Origin: a virus
Taxonomy: Duplodnaviria > Caudoviricetes
Virus record (IMG/VR): IMGVR_UViG_3300022876_000006
Coordinates: 1-52,293 of that record
Length of the DNA: 52,293 nt
Strand: one strand, 5' to 3'
In this document: positions 26,891 to 35,487 of the stretch, piece by piece
How positions within the stretch are numbered: the stretch's first letter is position 1
Layout of the letters: each line of letters starts with the position of its first letter
The notes under the pieces: generated by a model
Database searches by the model: none
Told to the model about the DNA's origin: nothing
The model's input: only the letters and a program-made list of their open reading frames with translations
Translations under genes and position numbers: made by a program

Positions 26891-28378
26891 TCAGAAGCTG
26901 AATGTGACAGGAATGTGGGTCATGGTTGCGCGCTTCGTCTTGGCTACAGCGAAGTAGCGCCATGCGTCGGCAGGGTGAGACGCCCAGTCGTGAAGCGGCC
27001 GGTCTTTCCAGCAGCCCTTCTTGTCGTCCCACTCTTTGCGGTAGTTCTCCAGCGCAGTGATCCCCTCTTCGCACTTGGCCTCGTCAAAGGCACAGTGGGC
27101 GAGGATCTCGCGAGCCTGGTCGATACCGTCATCGACGCCGATCTTCGGCACGACCTGGAACGTCATGCGGTAATGCTGGCCGTCGATCTCATAGCCTTCT
27201 CGCGCCATCTCGCGGCGGGTCTTGGCATCGCTGCCGAACTCGCGGTTGTCGATGTCATGCGGCCCCCAGTGCTCGGAGTAGGTGTAACCCTTGTCCTTGA
27301 GCACCTTCATGTAGTGACGCAGGCCTTCACCGCTGTTCTGGTAAAAGTCAATGACGTGGTACTCGTTGCCGACCTGACGCACGAACCAGATGGCCGTGGA
27401 GTCGCCGACGCCGATGTCCCAGAAGGTCATCACCGGCAGGTGGCTGTTGTCTGGCAGCGTGCCGATGCGCTGAGCCGCATACAGCTTGGTGAACTGCTGG
27501 GCGAAGTAGGCGCCCTCAATCGACTGCTGGAAGGCTTCGGCCGGTATCGACGGATATTCCCGCTTCATGTCGTCGCCGAGGGTTTTCTCCTTGGCGGCGT
27601 ACCAGGCGCGCTGGCCGGGGTTGGTGTCGATGCCGTGCTTGGCTAACAGCTCGTTGAAGTAGTCGGTCAGGCGTTGCGGGATAACTGCCTCAGCCGGATC
27701 GAGCCAGTAGGCCTTGTTCTTCCACCAGCTGAAGAAGAAGAACTTCCAGTCCAGCTTGCCAAGCGGCGTGCCGGACAGCAGTTGCTTCTCGGCGCTCTGT
27801 GAGTAGTCGAAGAAGTAGCCGGCCCGGCCTTCCGCCGTCGATTCAATCGTGACAAAGCAGTCGGTAGCCACCGCCTCGAAGGCGCCGGTGACGATCTCGC
27901 GCGCCTTATGCGGAAACTTGGCGCAAATCTTCCCGAACTCGGAGACGTGCAGGTAACGCAGCGTCCCGCCCCGGAACGAGGTGCTGACGTAGAGCGAACC
28001 ACCCTTGCTGAATACCAGCTCGCCGGCGGCGTCGTTGCTCGCGGGATTGGCCGCGCGGATCTCTTTCGGCAGGTTGTCGTATGCATACTTCACTTTCTCC
28101 CGAAACAGACGCTTGGCGTCGTTCAGGGTGTGGGCGATCAGTGCGCACTTGGCCGACTCAAACAGGGCAGCGTCCAGTTGGATGATGCAGCACTCAGTGG
28201 TGAAGCCGAGCTGCCGAGCCTTCAGGATGATGTTCCGGGTGTGCATCCCGTCGAAGTATTCAATCTGCTCGTCCGTCATGCGGAAGCGGACTTTCTTGCC
28301 CTGCTTGTCGGTGATGAAGTAGAGATTGTTCAACCGCCAACGCTTATCCCGGAGCAGCTTCATGTGCTCGGGCTTCAT
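26891..28378 (-). CDS. Terminase large subunit
   Basis: ILKARQLGFTT Walker A, LHVSEFG Walker B, ESTAEG, WDIGVGDSTAIWF, HDWASHPADAWRY. Confidence 0.95.
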   Translation of the reverse strand: MKPEHMKLLRDKRWRLNNLYFITDKQGKKVRFRMTDEQIEYFDGMHTRNIILKARQLGFTTECCIIQLDAALFESAKCALIAHTLNDAKRLFREKVKYAYDNLPKEIRAANPASNDAAGELVFSKGGSLYVSTSFRGGTLRYLHVSEFGKICAKFPHKAREIVTGAFEAVATDCFVTIESTAEGRAGYFFDYSQSAEKQLLSGTPLGKLDWKFFFFSWWKNKAYWLDPAEAVIPQRLTDYFNELLAKHGIDTNPGQRAWYAAKEKTLGDDMKREYPSIPAEAFQQSIEGAYFAQQFTKLYAAQRIGTLPDNSHLPVMTFWDIGVGDSTAIWFVRQVGNEYHVIDFYQNSGEGLRHYMKVLKDKGYTYSEHWGPHDIDNREFGSDAKTRREMAREGYEIDGQHYRMTFQVVPKIGVDDGIDQAREILAHCAFDEAKCEEGITALENYRKEWDDKKGCWKDRPLHDWASHPADAWRYFAVAKTKRATMTHIPVTFSF

Positions 28379-28379
28379 G

Positions 28380-28979
28380 TCAGGCGTCCTTCGATAGTTC
28401 GTCCATCATCTTCGAGAGTTCGTCGGCGTCGTCCGTCTTCTCCTTCTCGTCCAGGCCAAATGCCTGACGCTCCAGAACCTGCAGGTTCTTCATTGCAGAG
28501 GAAAGCTGGAACAGTGTTTTGGAATTGCTGGGCAGCGCTACGGCGGCGAGCATCGAGGCCCGACGAATGCCGTTGTTGTCTTCGGAGGTTTCATCTTCGA
28601 TCGCGTCTTCGATCTCTTCGCGGCGCTGGATGGTGGTCATCAGATCATCCATCAGCAGGTTCGCAAGAATTGTCGCCTTGCGAATGTCGCGACGGTGACT
28701 GCGAACCACCCGGGCGCCTTCCTCTGCCGCCTCTTCGATGATCTCGGCGTCGAGTTCGCAGTTCGCGCCTTGGTCGTTGCGAACCTCTCCGCGAACCAGC
28801 TTGCTGCGAACCTCTTTGCGCACCTGGTCAGAAAGGTCTCTCGCCCATCCAAGGGCTTTGGCTTTCTTCCTGATCGCGGTATCACTCACACCCTGGCGCT
28901 CAGCGATGGTTCTAATGGAAAGCGAACCGGCCCGGTAGGCTCGTTCGATCGCCTCCCAGTCGGGTTGCTTGGTTGTCAT
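28380..28979 (-). CDS. Terminase small subunit
   Basis: N-terminal HTH DWEAIERAYRAG.LSIRTIAERQGVSDTAIRKKAK..GW; adjacent to TerL. Confidence 0.85.
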   Translation of the reverse strand: MTTKQPDWEAIERAYRAGSLSIRTIAERQGVSDTAIRKKAKALGWARDLSDQVRKEVRSKLVRGEVRNDQGANCELDAEIIEEAAEEGARVVRSHRRDIRKATILANLLMDDLMTTIQRREEIEDAIEDETSEDNNGIRRASMLAAVALPSNSKTLFQLSSAMKNLQVLERQAFGLDEKEKTDDADELSKMMDELSKDA

Positions 28980-28992
28980 GTTTTTCGCCCCT

Positions 28993-29019
28993 AAAAAAAA
29001 CCTCGCCGTTAAGCGAGGT
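28993..29019 (-). terminator. Terminator after two-gene moron
   Basis: ACCTCGC-loop-GCGAGGT followed by T-tract on the minus strand. Confidence 0.75.
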
Positions 29020-29037
29020 CACTGTTCACGAGGTGAA

Positions 29038-29310
29038 CTACTTTTTCAGATTCCAGTACGCAAGCGCCGCGGCGACTAACACTGCACCGACTGTGGAAAA
29101 AATAGTCTTTATCGAGTTCTCGACGACCAAAAGACGAATCCTCACAAAAAGACTATCCTCACTAGGTGGAGAAGGGTTACTCCCCTTGCCGGCATGACAA
29201 TCGTCTGCTACCACACGCTTCAGCCCCTCTCCTTTAATGAGCGTTTCAGAAGTAGTTGTACATCTGGTAGCGGTGATATTTTCAGAATCTTTCAAATCAA
29301 ACATCGCCAT
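29038..29310 (-). CDS. Small protein, beta-helix-like N-terminus plus C-terminal TM anchor
   Basis: GGAGG SD; MAMFDLKDSENITAT...TIFSTVGAVLVAAALAYWNLKK. Confidence 0.7.
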   Translation of the reverse strand: MAMFDLKDSENITATRCTTTSETLIKGEGLKRVVADDCHAGKGSNPSPPSEDSLFVRIRLLVVENSIKTIFSTVGAVLVAAALAYWNLKK

Positions 29311-29560
29311 ATATTGCCCTCCGTATAAATACAGCGAGACATGTCGGCTGATTTTTCCATCCATGGTCATCATGAGTTGAATCGGTCATGCTGAGGCCTT
29401 TCACTCGCGTTCCTTTTATACCAGTACGCGTATGAAGTTTTGCGCTTATCACCTTTATATCTTCAGAGTCCTCAATATAAAAACCGACCTCAGCGCCTCG
29501 CACGGAGGGGCTTGTGAAAGTTAAATCTTTGCAGTTTTTTATTGAAAAGCCGATAGCCAT
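29297..29560 (-). CDS. Small protein with parallel beta-helix-like repeats
   Basis: GAGGAG SD; GFSIKNCKDLTF / GFYIEDSEDIKV repeats. Confidence 0.7.
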   Translation of the reverse strand: MAIGFSIKNCKDLTFTSPSVRGAEVGFYIEDSEDIKVISAKLHTRTGIKGTRVKGLSMTDSTHDDHGWKNQPTCLAVFIRRAIYGDV

Positions 29561-29864
29561 TACGATGCTCCTCGCACTTGATATCGTAACGATAGCACTG
29601 CCTCAATCTTTGGGATGAAATTCCCAGGATATGGAGCTTTTCTCCAAGCTCGAAGATCGTCACATGACTAAATTCCGCATCGATCAGATGGATATGCTCT
29701 TCGTGGTGGATGCTTCCGGTCGCGGCGAGGATCAGGCCTTGAGGCAGACCGGCAGCCTTGGCCGCCTCGATGGCCTTGGCGATCGCGTTATCCAGTTCGG
29801 TCAGGATCTTGCTGATACCCTGGCTCAGAGGGAGCGCGTGGCGCAGGCGGGTTATGTTGGTCAT
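29490..29864 (-). pseudogene. Probable chimeric/disrupted small phage gene
   Basis: High-GC N-terminus MTNITRLRHALP...GLPQGLIL runs into low-GC sequence and overlaps the moron. Confidence 0.4.
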
Positions 29865-29874
29865 GCATACTCCA

Positions 29875-29916
29875 GTGTCGCGACACAATTTGCTGATTCG
29901 CGAAACGTGTCGCGAC
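29875..29916. repeat. Bipartite inverted-repeat site, copy 1
   Basis: GTGTCGCGACAC-N20-GTGTCGCGAC. Confidence 0.75.
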
Positions 29917-30237
29917 TTACTGACTGACCCGATCCACCGCTTCGAGCGCCTTGTCCGCCGCTTGTGTGGCAGTGGTTGCGGCCTTCGAAGCCTTTTCTGC
30001 TGCAGTGCCGGTCTTCCGGGTCAATTCATCCAGGCGCTGGTCCCGCTCATTCATGGCGGTGGCGTACGCGCTGCGGATCTCCTCGACCTGCTTCGCCTGC
30101 TTCTCGGCAAGCGACCAGTAGCAGGCCTGATAACCCAGCACCGTGCCGCCGGCGACCAGAACAATGGCGATCGCCCAAACTTCTGCCCGGCGCCACCAGC
30201 GGCGAGCAATGAATTCCATCGCGCATCTGTCCATCAC
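29917..30237 (-). CDS. TM plus coiled-coil protein (lysis-associated?)
   Basis: Single TM then Ala/Lys-rich helix; coupled to upstream gene. Confidence 0.75.
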   Translation of the reverse strand: MMDRCAMEFIARRWWRRAEVWAIAIVLVAGGTVLGYQACYWSLAEKQAKQVEEIRSAYATAMNERDQRLDELTRKTGTAAEKASKAATTATQAADKALEAVDRVSQ

Positions 30238-30605
30238 ACAGCACCTCCGAGCTTGTTCCGCAGGCGGGTGATCTCGTCGCTCTGCAGGGTCACTCGCTCC
30301 GTGAGTTGGGCGACCTGGCTGGTCAGCGCTTCAATCTTCCCTTCCATGCGGCCAACCGAAGCGGCCAGGTCGTTGCGCTCTTTCGCGAACTGATCGGCGC
30401 GGGCCTCCGCTTCCTTCCGGGCGGTCCGTTCCGAGTCGAGCAGCTCATTGAGGCGGCGAACGGTGCCGATATCGGCGTTGTCCATTGCCCGGTCTGCGGC
30501 ATCCTTCGAGAGGAATTTCCGCAACCACAGTAGCCCGCCGAGTATCACCGTGGCACTACCGCCCAGCCAGGTAGCTGTGCCTGGGCCGAGGTCAGTAGGA
30601 TCCAT
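30234..30605 (-). CDS. Putative holin-like protein (N-terminal TM plus coiled coil)
   Basis: First late gene after Q; WLGGSATVILGGLLWLRK; function inferred from position. Confidence 0.6.
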   Translation of the reverse strand: MDPTDLGPGTATWLGGSATVILGGLLWLRKFLSKDAADRAMDNADIGTVRRLNELLDSERTARKEAEARADQFAKERNDLAASVGRMEGKIEALTSQVAQLTERVTLQSDEITRLRNKLGGAV

Positions 30606-30674
30606 CGTCGCTCCATGAATAATTGGCCCCGCTGCACTCCCAGCTCGGAGCTATGGGTGTGGGGAGCCGAAAAC

Positions 30675-30702
30675 GAAAAAGCCCCTGCAAGTGCAGAGGC
30701 CC
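30675..30702 (-). terminator. Terminator-like hairpin closing the late-leader RNA
   Basis: GCCTCTGCA-CT-TGCAGGGGC-TTTTT on the minus strand. Confidence 0.6.
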
Positions 30703-30708
30703 TGAATA

Positions 30709-30908
30709 GGTGCGCTCGTCTTTCCGAGCTGTCTGCCAAAGACCTTCTCAACGTCGACGCCCCTATGCATCGATCTCACTGATCCAGTCTCGCGCCACCC
30801 CGAAAGCAAGTTTGAGGTCAGGGTGCGCGGGCTGCCGGTGTTGATTCCGTACGTCGCACTATCCGGCTATCGACGTCCAGGCTTCCCGAGGGCTGTCCTG
30901 GCTACAGG
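30709..30908 (-). ncRNA. Candidate structured ncRNA in the late leader
   Basis: Non-coding; at least 6 hand-identified stems including long-range ACGUCGA/UCGACGU. Confidence 0.55.
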
Positions 30909-30923
30909 TAAATTCGAGGCAAT

Positions 30924-30951
30924 AAAAAACCCGGCACGATGGCCGGGTTTC
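30924..30951 (-). terminator. tR'-like terminator
   Basis: AAACCCGGC-loop-GCCGGGTTTTTT. Confidence 0.75.
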
Positions 30952-30992
30952 GTTTGTCAGTCCTACACACGCAGGAATGACAGGATGGGGAA

Positions 30993-31021
30993 ATAATCGG
31001 ACATGCGGACATCAATTGCAA
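30993..31021 (-). promoter_or_regulatory. Candidate late promoter pR'
   Basis: -35 TTGCAA, 17-bp spacer, -10 GATTAT, just downstream of the Q-like gene and upstream of tR'. Confidence 0.55.
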
Positions 31022-31041
31022 GCCCTTTTGAGGGACTCTTT

Positions 31042-31713
31042 TCAGGCCGCTTCGCTGGTCAGCACCTCCGCCTCTTCCAGAAGCGATTGAGCCTCCACCA
31101 ACGCCTCGTCAACCAGCTTCTCCAGCGCCCCTTTGATCGCCTGGTTCCAGCGGCGGTAAGTGCGTTCGGTCAGCCCCTGGTTGTCCCAAGTGTTCATGTC
31201 GTAGTTTGAGTCGGCGAGGACGATCATGTCGCTCGATCGCGTCTCTGCTTTCTGCTGTGAGTGCTGGTTTGCCCTGGCCACGGCCAACTGCGCCGCGTCG
31301 TTGCGCCAGCCCCACTTCTCCTCGTCGTCACGGCGCTCAGGCACAGGAGCCTTCACAGCCTCTCGACGCACACCCTTCACCTGCGGAATTGCCCACACAG
31401 TCACAGCCTTCTGGGTGAACAGCATCGGCGCAGGGCTGTCCAGCACCGAGATCAGGCGGCCGATCGACTCAACCTTACGCCCCTTGTGCGTGCTGTACTT
31501 CGCGGTAAGCGCGTTCCAGTGTCGCGGCGAAAGCTGGGCGTGCAGCACCTTGTGAACCATGCAGTCGATCAGCAGCGCGGCGTCCTTGCCGGTGATCTCG
31601 CCCTTGAGCTTGCTGGTCTGCACCTTGGGCTCGAAGTCGCAGCCGCCGGCGCTGTTGATGGTCTCGGCCGCCAAAGCACGAACGACCGCCGAAATTACGT
31701 TGTGGTAGATCAT
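31042..31713 (-). CDS. Late antiterminator Q-like protein
   Basis: Last early-right gene after ninG; C-terminal HTH-like LTERTYRRW; followed by promoter and terminator. Confidence 0.65.
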   Translation of the reverse strand: MIYHNVISAVVRALAAETINSAGGCDFEPKVQTSKLKGEITGKDAALLIDCMVHKVLHAQLSPRHWNALTAKYSTHKGRKVESIGRLISVLDSPAPMLFTQKAVTVWAIPQVKGVRREAVKAPVPERRDDEEKWGWRNDAAQLAVARANQHSQQKAETRSSDMIVLADSNYDMNTWDNQGLTERTYRRWNQAIKGALEKLVDEALVEAQSLLEEAEVLTSEAA

Positions 31714-32321
31714 GCTGCAGCCCTCTTCAGTTCGCGGGTCTTGGCCCGGTATTCGGCCTTGATGGTTTTGATTTCTTCGACGGTGTACTTGCGGGGCTCA
31801 TGAGGCCCTTCGAGCCAAGCCACCTTGTCGGCGCCGATGCGCTGCACCAACCGAATGCGGTACTCGACCGCGTTGCCGGACAAGTTGCGGTTGCACTTCA
31901 CGCACTGCCGGTGGATGTTCAGCGGCTCGAAGCGCAGCTCCGGACAGGCGCCGACGGATCGGTAATGGCCGGCGTCCCAGCGGCTGCCGGTAATCAGGTC
32001 ACTGTCGTTCGGCATTGAGTCGCAGCTGATGCACGGCAGGTGCGCATCACGCAGGCGGACATACTCGTTCACCGCCGCCTGGGCTTCGCGCAGGTGGTCA
32101 GCCCTGGTCTTCAGCTTCTCTTTGCGGACTTTGATCTCTCGGCGATCACGCTGGGCGATCGCCTTCTTTGCCTTCTGCTCGTTCCGGGGCGCGTCCTTCA
32201 GCGCGCAGGCTGGACTGCACACTGCCTGACCCAAACGCTGAGGGACGAATGAGGCCCCGCAGGAGGCAACGCGGCATTTCTTCGGCTTGGGCGCCTTCTT
32301 TTCCTTGATGGCAGTCCGCAT
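31710..32321 (-). CDS. ninG: NinG/Rap recombination endonuclease
   Basis: YVRLRD..LPCISC, WDAGHYRSVGA.PELRF...NIHRQCVKCN..LSGN. Confidence 0.92.
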   Translation of the reverse strand: MRTAIKEKKAPKPKKCRVASCGASFVPQRLGQAVCSPACALKDAPRNEQKAKKAIAQRDRREIKVRKEKLKTRADHLREAQAAVNEYVRLRDAHLPCISCDSMPNDSDLITGSRWDAGHYRSVGACPELRFEPLNIHRQCVKCNRNLSGNAVEYRIRLVQRIGADKVAWLEGPHEPRKYTVEEIKTIKAEYRAKTRELKRAAA

Positions 32322-32719
32322 CAGTAGCGCCCTCCCCACTTGTCTTGCTCAGTCCAGCGCACGCCATGCTCGGCGCCGAAGGCATGCATCAGCTCGAACA
32401 GATCGCTGAACCACTTCTGCGACTGCTTGCGGGTCGATACAGCCATCACGACGAAGCCACCGTCGAGACCTGGCTCCGCGCGCTGCTTCTCCAGCGAGGC
32501 ACTGAAAAGGCACTTCCAGTCCTCGTCGCTGAGCTTCTTGCCGTACCAGATCACCTGGTTGGAGACGTCCTTGAGCATTGCCCACATCTTCCGATTGCAG
32601 ACGTCAGGGCGCTTCTCGTCCTTGATGACGACGATCTTGGGTTTGGTGAAGTCGGTGGCGTGCAGGACACCCATCAGACGGCTGATATCGCGCTGGCTGC
32701 GGATTGCGAACTCGTTCAT
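32321..32719 (-). CDS. ninB: NinB recombination protein
   Basis: NRKMWAMLKDVSNQVIWYG..LSDEDWK...STRK...AFGAEHGVRW. Confidence 0.9.
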   Translation of the reverse strand: MNEFAIRSQRDISRLMGVLHATDFTKPKIVVIKDEKRPDVCNRKMWAMLKDVSNQVIWYGKKLSDEDWKCLFSASLEKQRAEPGLDGGFVVMAVSTRKQSQKWFSDLFELMHAFGAEHGVRWTEQDKWGGRY

Positions 32720-33111
32720 GGCTGTACCGCCCCGGCCATTCCGGCGTCAATAGATTCGTCGATACGGGCCTTCCATTCAGGGGTGTGGCTCATGGCATGC
32801 ACAAGAACCGGAGTTTCGTTTCTCCAGCCGTCAACGTCCTGTTGTGCGTTTTCTCGTAACCACTGATACCGCTCGGCGTCTTTGCGCAGCACCTCGCAAT
32901 CCTTTCTCAGGGACTGAATTGCCCTGAAGTTTGCGCTATCACGAAGTGCCTCGTTCTCAGCCAGCAGCTCAAGCGCCACCTCCTCCACGGTCTTATCCCC
33001 GAGGAATTCCTGCAGCGCCTCGGTGTTGCGCTTCCACTCCGAGCAGTCAGCCTTCCAGGCAGCGACCTCGCTCCACAGCAGGGACTGGAGTTTTTGTTTG
33101 TCGATGCTCAT
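32716..33111 (-). CDS. Hypothetical protein
   Basis: Coupled ORF; LRKDAERYQWLR motif common in phage early proteins. Confidence 0.75.
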   Translation of the reverse strand: MSIDKQKLQSLLWSEVAAWKADCSEWKRNTEALQEFLGDKTVEEVALELLAENEALRDSANFRAIQSLRKDCEVLRKDAERYQWLRENAQQDVDGWRNETPVLVHAMSHTPEWKARIDESIDAGMAGAVQP

Positions 33112-33821
33112 GTGCGTTTCTCCATGTCCTTTCTGCCGAACTTGGCCAGCAGTTGCGCCCGTGCGGCGGCGCCGGTGGTTGGGACGCCCTGAGTGGCCAG
33201 CAGTCGTGCTTGGCGCTGGCTGGCGAACTCTTCGGCCAGTTCCAGTTCGCTTTTCTGGCTGTCGTGCCCGATGCCCGCGGCGATCCTCCCGTCCAGTGGC
33301 TGATTGGTCTGTGCGCGGCGCAGGATCACCTCGTAGTTACGGTCGAATCTGGCTCGCAGACCCTTGTCTTCCTGCTTTGCCGCTCGCAGGTCGAACAGGC
33401 CGGTGGCTTCCGCCGCGAGCTTCACCGCTTCGTGGCTGTAGGTGCCCATCAGTGCCTCAAGCCAGGCGTCGGCCGGTGCAGGCATGCCGAAATCCTCCGG
33501 GCTGGGCACGCACATGCCGATGAATTCACCAACGCTCGGCGCGAAAGGCTTCTTGAGCTTCCGGCACTTCTGGATACCGAACTCGATCTGTTCCAGGGAG
33601 CGAATACCGGCGTCGGCAAACTCCTTGATCCATTCGGCTTTGGCAGAGTCCAGTGCTTCGGTGGAAGGCCACGCCTGGCGCCACGCTGGGAAGATCCCGC
33701 GCAGGCGGCGAAAAAGGTCGTTCACAACCTCGGCAGTCTGCGGAGTCACTTGCAGCGGCTGGACGTGCTCTGTCGGCGGCAGATTACCCATGGTCGCCAT
33801 CAGTTGGTTGGCTGGTTTCAT
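33108..33821 (-). CDS. Replication protein P-like (helicase loader)
   Basis: LFRRLRGIFPAW...W...F...GI...PF.PSVGEFIGMC. Confidence 0.85.
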   Translation of the reverse strand: MKPANQLMATMGNLPPTEHVQPLQVTPQTAEVVNDLFRRLRGIFPAWRQAWPSTEALDSAKAEWIKEFADAGIRSLEQIEFGIQKCRKLKKPFAPSVGEFIGMCVPSPEDFGMPAPADAWLEALMGTYSHEAVKLAAEATGLFDLRAAKQEDKGLRARFDRNYEVILRRAQTNQPLDGRIAAGIGHDSQKSELELAEEFASQRQARLLATQGVPTTGAAARAQLLAKFGRKDMEKRT

Positions 33822-34603
33822 GGGCTCACCACAAGGTCTCGGGCCCAGTCTGTGCTATCGAAGTCAGGCTCAGCAGACTGTCGTCGCTGCGGGAACTGGC
33901 GGACGTTGCTGGCCGTTGCGTTATCGCGCTTCACCCACTTCACCAGCAGGCTGACCCAAGACGCCTGCGTCTCAAAACGGCCGGAGGCCGAGTAGTGACA
34001 TACGAAGGCCGCGGTGGCTTCGCTGGTGAAAGCGTCGACAGGGATTGCCATGCGCAGCGCGTAGGCCTTCAGCAGCTTCTGGTCAGGAACCCACTCAAGG
34101 GTCATCTCGGTCGGCGACTTTGGGTCGACCGGATTTTCCTCACCCGCGTGTAGAGTGTTGTGTTGATCTTCTCCTATTCCCTTCCCTTCCCTTCCGGGGT
34201 CTACCGGTCGACGATCAGTCGACGACTCTTCGGCGAATTGTTGGCGAATGCTCTCCGACTGGTCGTCGAACTCAGACGGTGGGCCGGGGTATTTGAAGTT
34301 CTTTTTCTCGATCTTCTGGTGCTTCCAGCCACGGACGTGGAAGTAGTTCTTGCCGTTCACCCCGTAGCTCTTGATCAGCTCAGCACCTTCCAACTCGCCC
34401 AGCAGATTGCTCACCTCTTCAGTGGTGATGTCGTCACCCGGGAACACAAGGGCCTTGATCGTGCGAGGCGCCAGCGGATGGTTACCTCCGTCGTCGCAGA
34501 AGTTCCAGAGACCAATGAACAGCAGCCGAGCCATCGGGCGGCAGGACATGACCTGCTCGCTCGACCAGAACTCGGGCTTGACGGTGCGAATGCGAGCCAT
34601 CAC
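33818..34603 (-). CDS. Replication initiator (O-like) with C-terminal DnaT-like domain
   Basis: MARIRTVKPEFW...LLFIGLWNFCDDGG...W.KHQKI; C-terminal F..HY...QASW. Confidence 0.85.
   Translation of the reverse strand: MMARIRTVKPEFWSSEQVMSCRPMARLLFIGLWNFCDDGGNHPLAPRTIKALVFPGDDITTEEVSNLLGELEGAELIKSYGVNGKNYFHVRGWKHQKIEKKNFKYPGPPSEFDDQSESIRQQFAEESSTDRRPVDPGREGKGIGEDQHNTLHAGEENPVDPKSPTEMTLEWVPDQKLLKAYALRMAIPVDAFTSEATAAFVCHYSASGRFETQASWVSLLVKWVKRDNATASNVRQFPQRRQSAEPDFDSTDWARDLVVSP
34208..34269. repeat. Putative replication origin iterons
   Basis: TCGACGA-like heptamers at 34208, 34219, 34230, 34241, 34252, 34263 (11-bp period) inside the initiator gene. Confidence 0.65.
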
Positions 34604-35433
34604 GCGGCCCCCTTGAGTGCTTTGTCGTGGGTGAATAGGCCGTTCCAGTTCTTCTTCATAGGCAGCTCGCCGGCCAGGTACAGGTCGTACAGACGCACGG
34701 CGCCCTTCTTGAGCAGGACCGGCGTGAAGGAAACGAACGGCTCGCGGCCGTGGGGATTGACTTCGTGCTGATGCTCGGTCATGTACTTGTCGCGGGCGTA
34801 CGAGGCCACACGGAAGCGCAGGCCGGATTTGCTCTCGTTGTAGAGCCAGTTGCGGCCTTCAAGGAATTTCCCCACCTGCATGACGTTGACCCCATTGAGG
34901 CCCTTGCAGAACTGGGCCGGGGTCATTCCCTCCTTGAACAGGTTCTCCATGGAGTGGATTTTCGTGGCTTGGGTCTCGACCTGGATTGCGAGCTGCAGGC
35001 GGGCCTGCTCTGCGACCTGCTTCTGCTCGACCTGATCAGCCCAGGCGCGGGCCGCGGCGACCGGATCCGCAAAGTTCGGGAGCGTGGCTATGACTTTGCC
35101 GGCGCCCTCCTCCAGTTCCCGCCAGCGCTTGATGACCACCATGCGCATCGCGGCGCTGTATCCAGTCAGCAGGCAGTCCGTATGCTCTCGATCAAGAAGG
35201 TATTCGGTCTGCTGACGGTTCATCCCGTCCAGATAGATGTGAGCAAAACTGCTCACATCTTCCCGTAGGTCTTTCGCCATCGCTTGGATGTCACGCTTCA
35301 CATCCGGATGACGCTTGCCAGTCAGGTCGGCGATCTCGCGAGACGACATGGTGGTACGCGACACGTTTTCAGTATTCGAAAAACGTGTCGCGACACTGTT
35401 AGGGGTATTGATCGTTTGGATTGATTGGTGCAT
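34600..35433 (-). CDS. Rha-family regulator / antirepressor (Rha N-terminus plus ANT/KilAC-like C-terminus)
   Basis: MSSREIADLTGKRHPDVKRDI, LLTGYS, LPNFADPVAAARAW, C-terminal FLEGRNWLY...KKGAVRL. Confidence 0.85.
   Translation of the reverse strand: MHQSIQTINTPNSVATRFSNTENVSRTTMSSREIADLTGKRHPDVKRDIQAMAKDLREDVSSFAHIYLDGMNRQQTEYLLDREHTDCLLTGYSAAMRMVVIKRWRELEEGAGKVIATLPNFADPVAAARAWADQVEQKQVAEQARLQLAIQVETQATKIHSMENLFKEGMTPAQFCKGLNGVNVMQVGKFLEGRNWLYNESKSGLRFRVASYARDKYMTEHQHEVNPHGREPFVSFTPVLLKKGAVRLYDLYLAGELPMKKNWNGLFTHDKALKGAA
35357..35396. repeat. Bipartite inverted-repeat site, copy 2
   Basis: CGCGACAC-N20-GTGTCGCGACAC within the 5' coding region of rha/ant. Confidence 0.75.
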
Positions 35434-35487
35434 GATTTGCTCCACAACGCGTTTTAAGAGAGCCGGGCTGCAATCCCGGCTTTTTTT
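35408..35487 (+). ncRNA. Candidate antisense sRNA unit (promoter plus terminator) opposite the rha/ant leader
   Basis: TTGATC-N17-CATGAT, then AGCCGGG-loop-CCCGGCT-T tract on the + strand. Confidence 0.45.

Noticed and set aside
29631-29927. 98-aa plus-strand ORF
   Set aside because: Mostly antisense to a minus-strand phage gene remnant; no supporting motifs
34208-34269. CRISPR-like array
   Set aside because: Repeats are 7 bp at an 11-bp period and there are no cas genes; no CRISPR array seen anywhere in the window
29875-35396. Invertible segment bounded by inverted bipartite sites 1 and 2
   Set aside because: No invertase present, spacers differ, and inversion would break rha and the operon order
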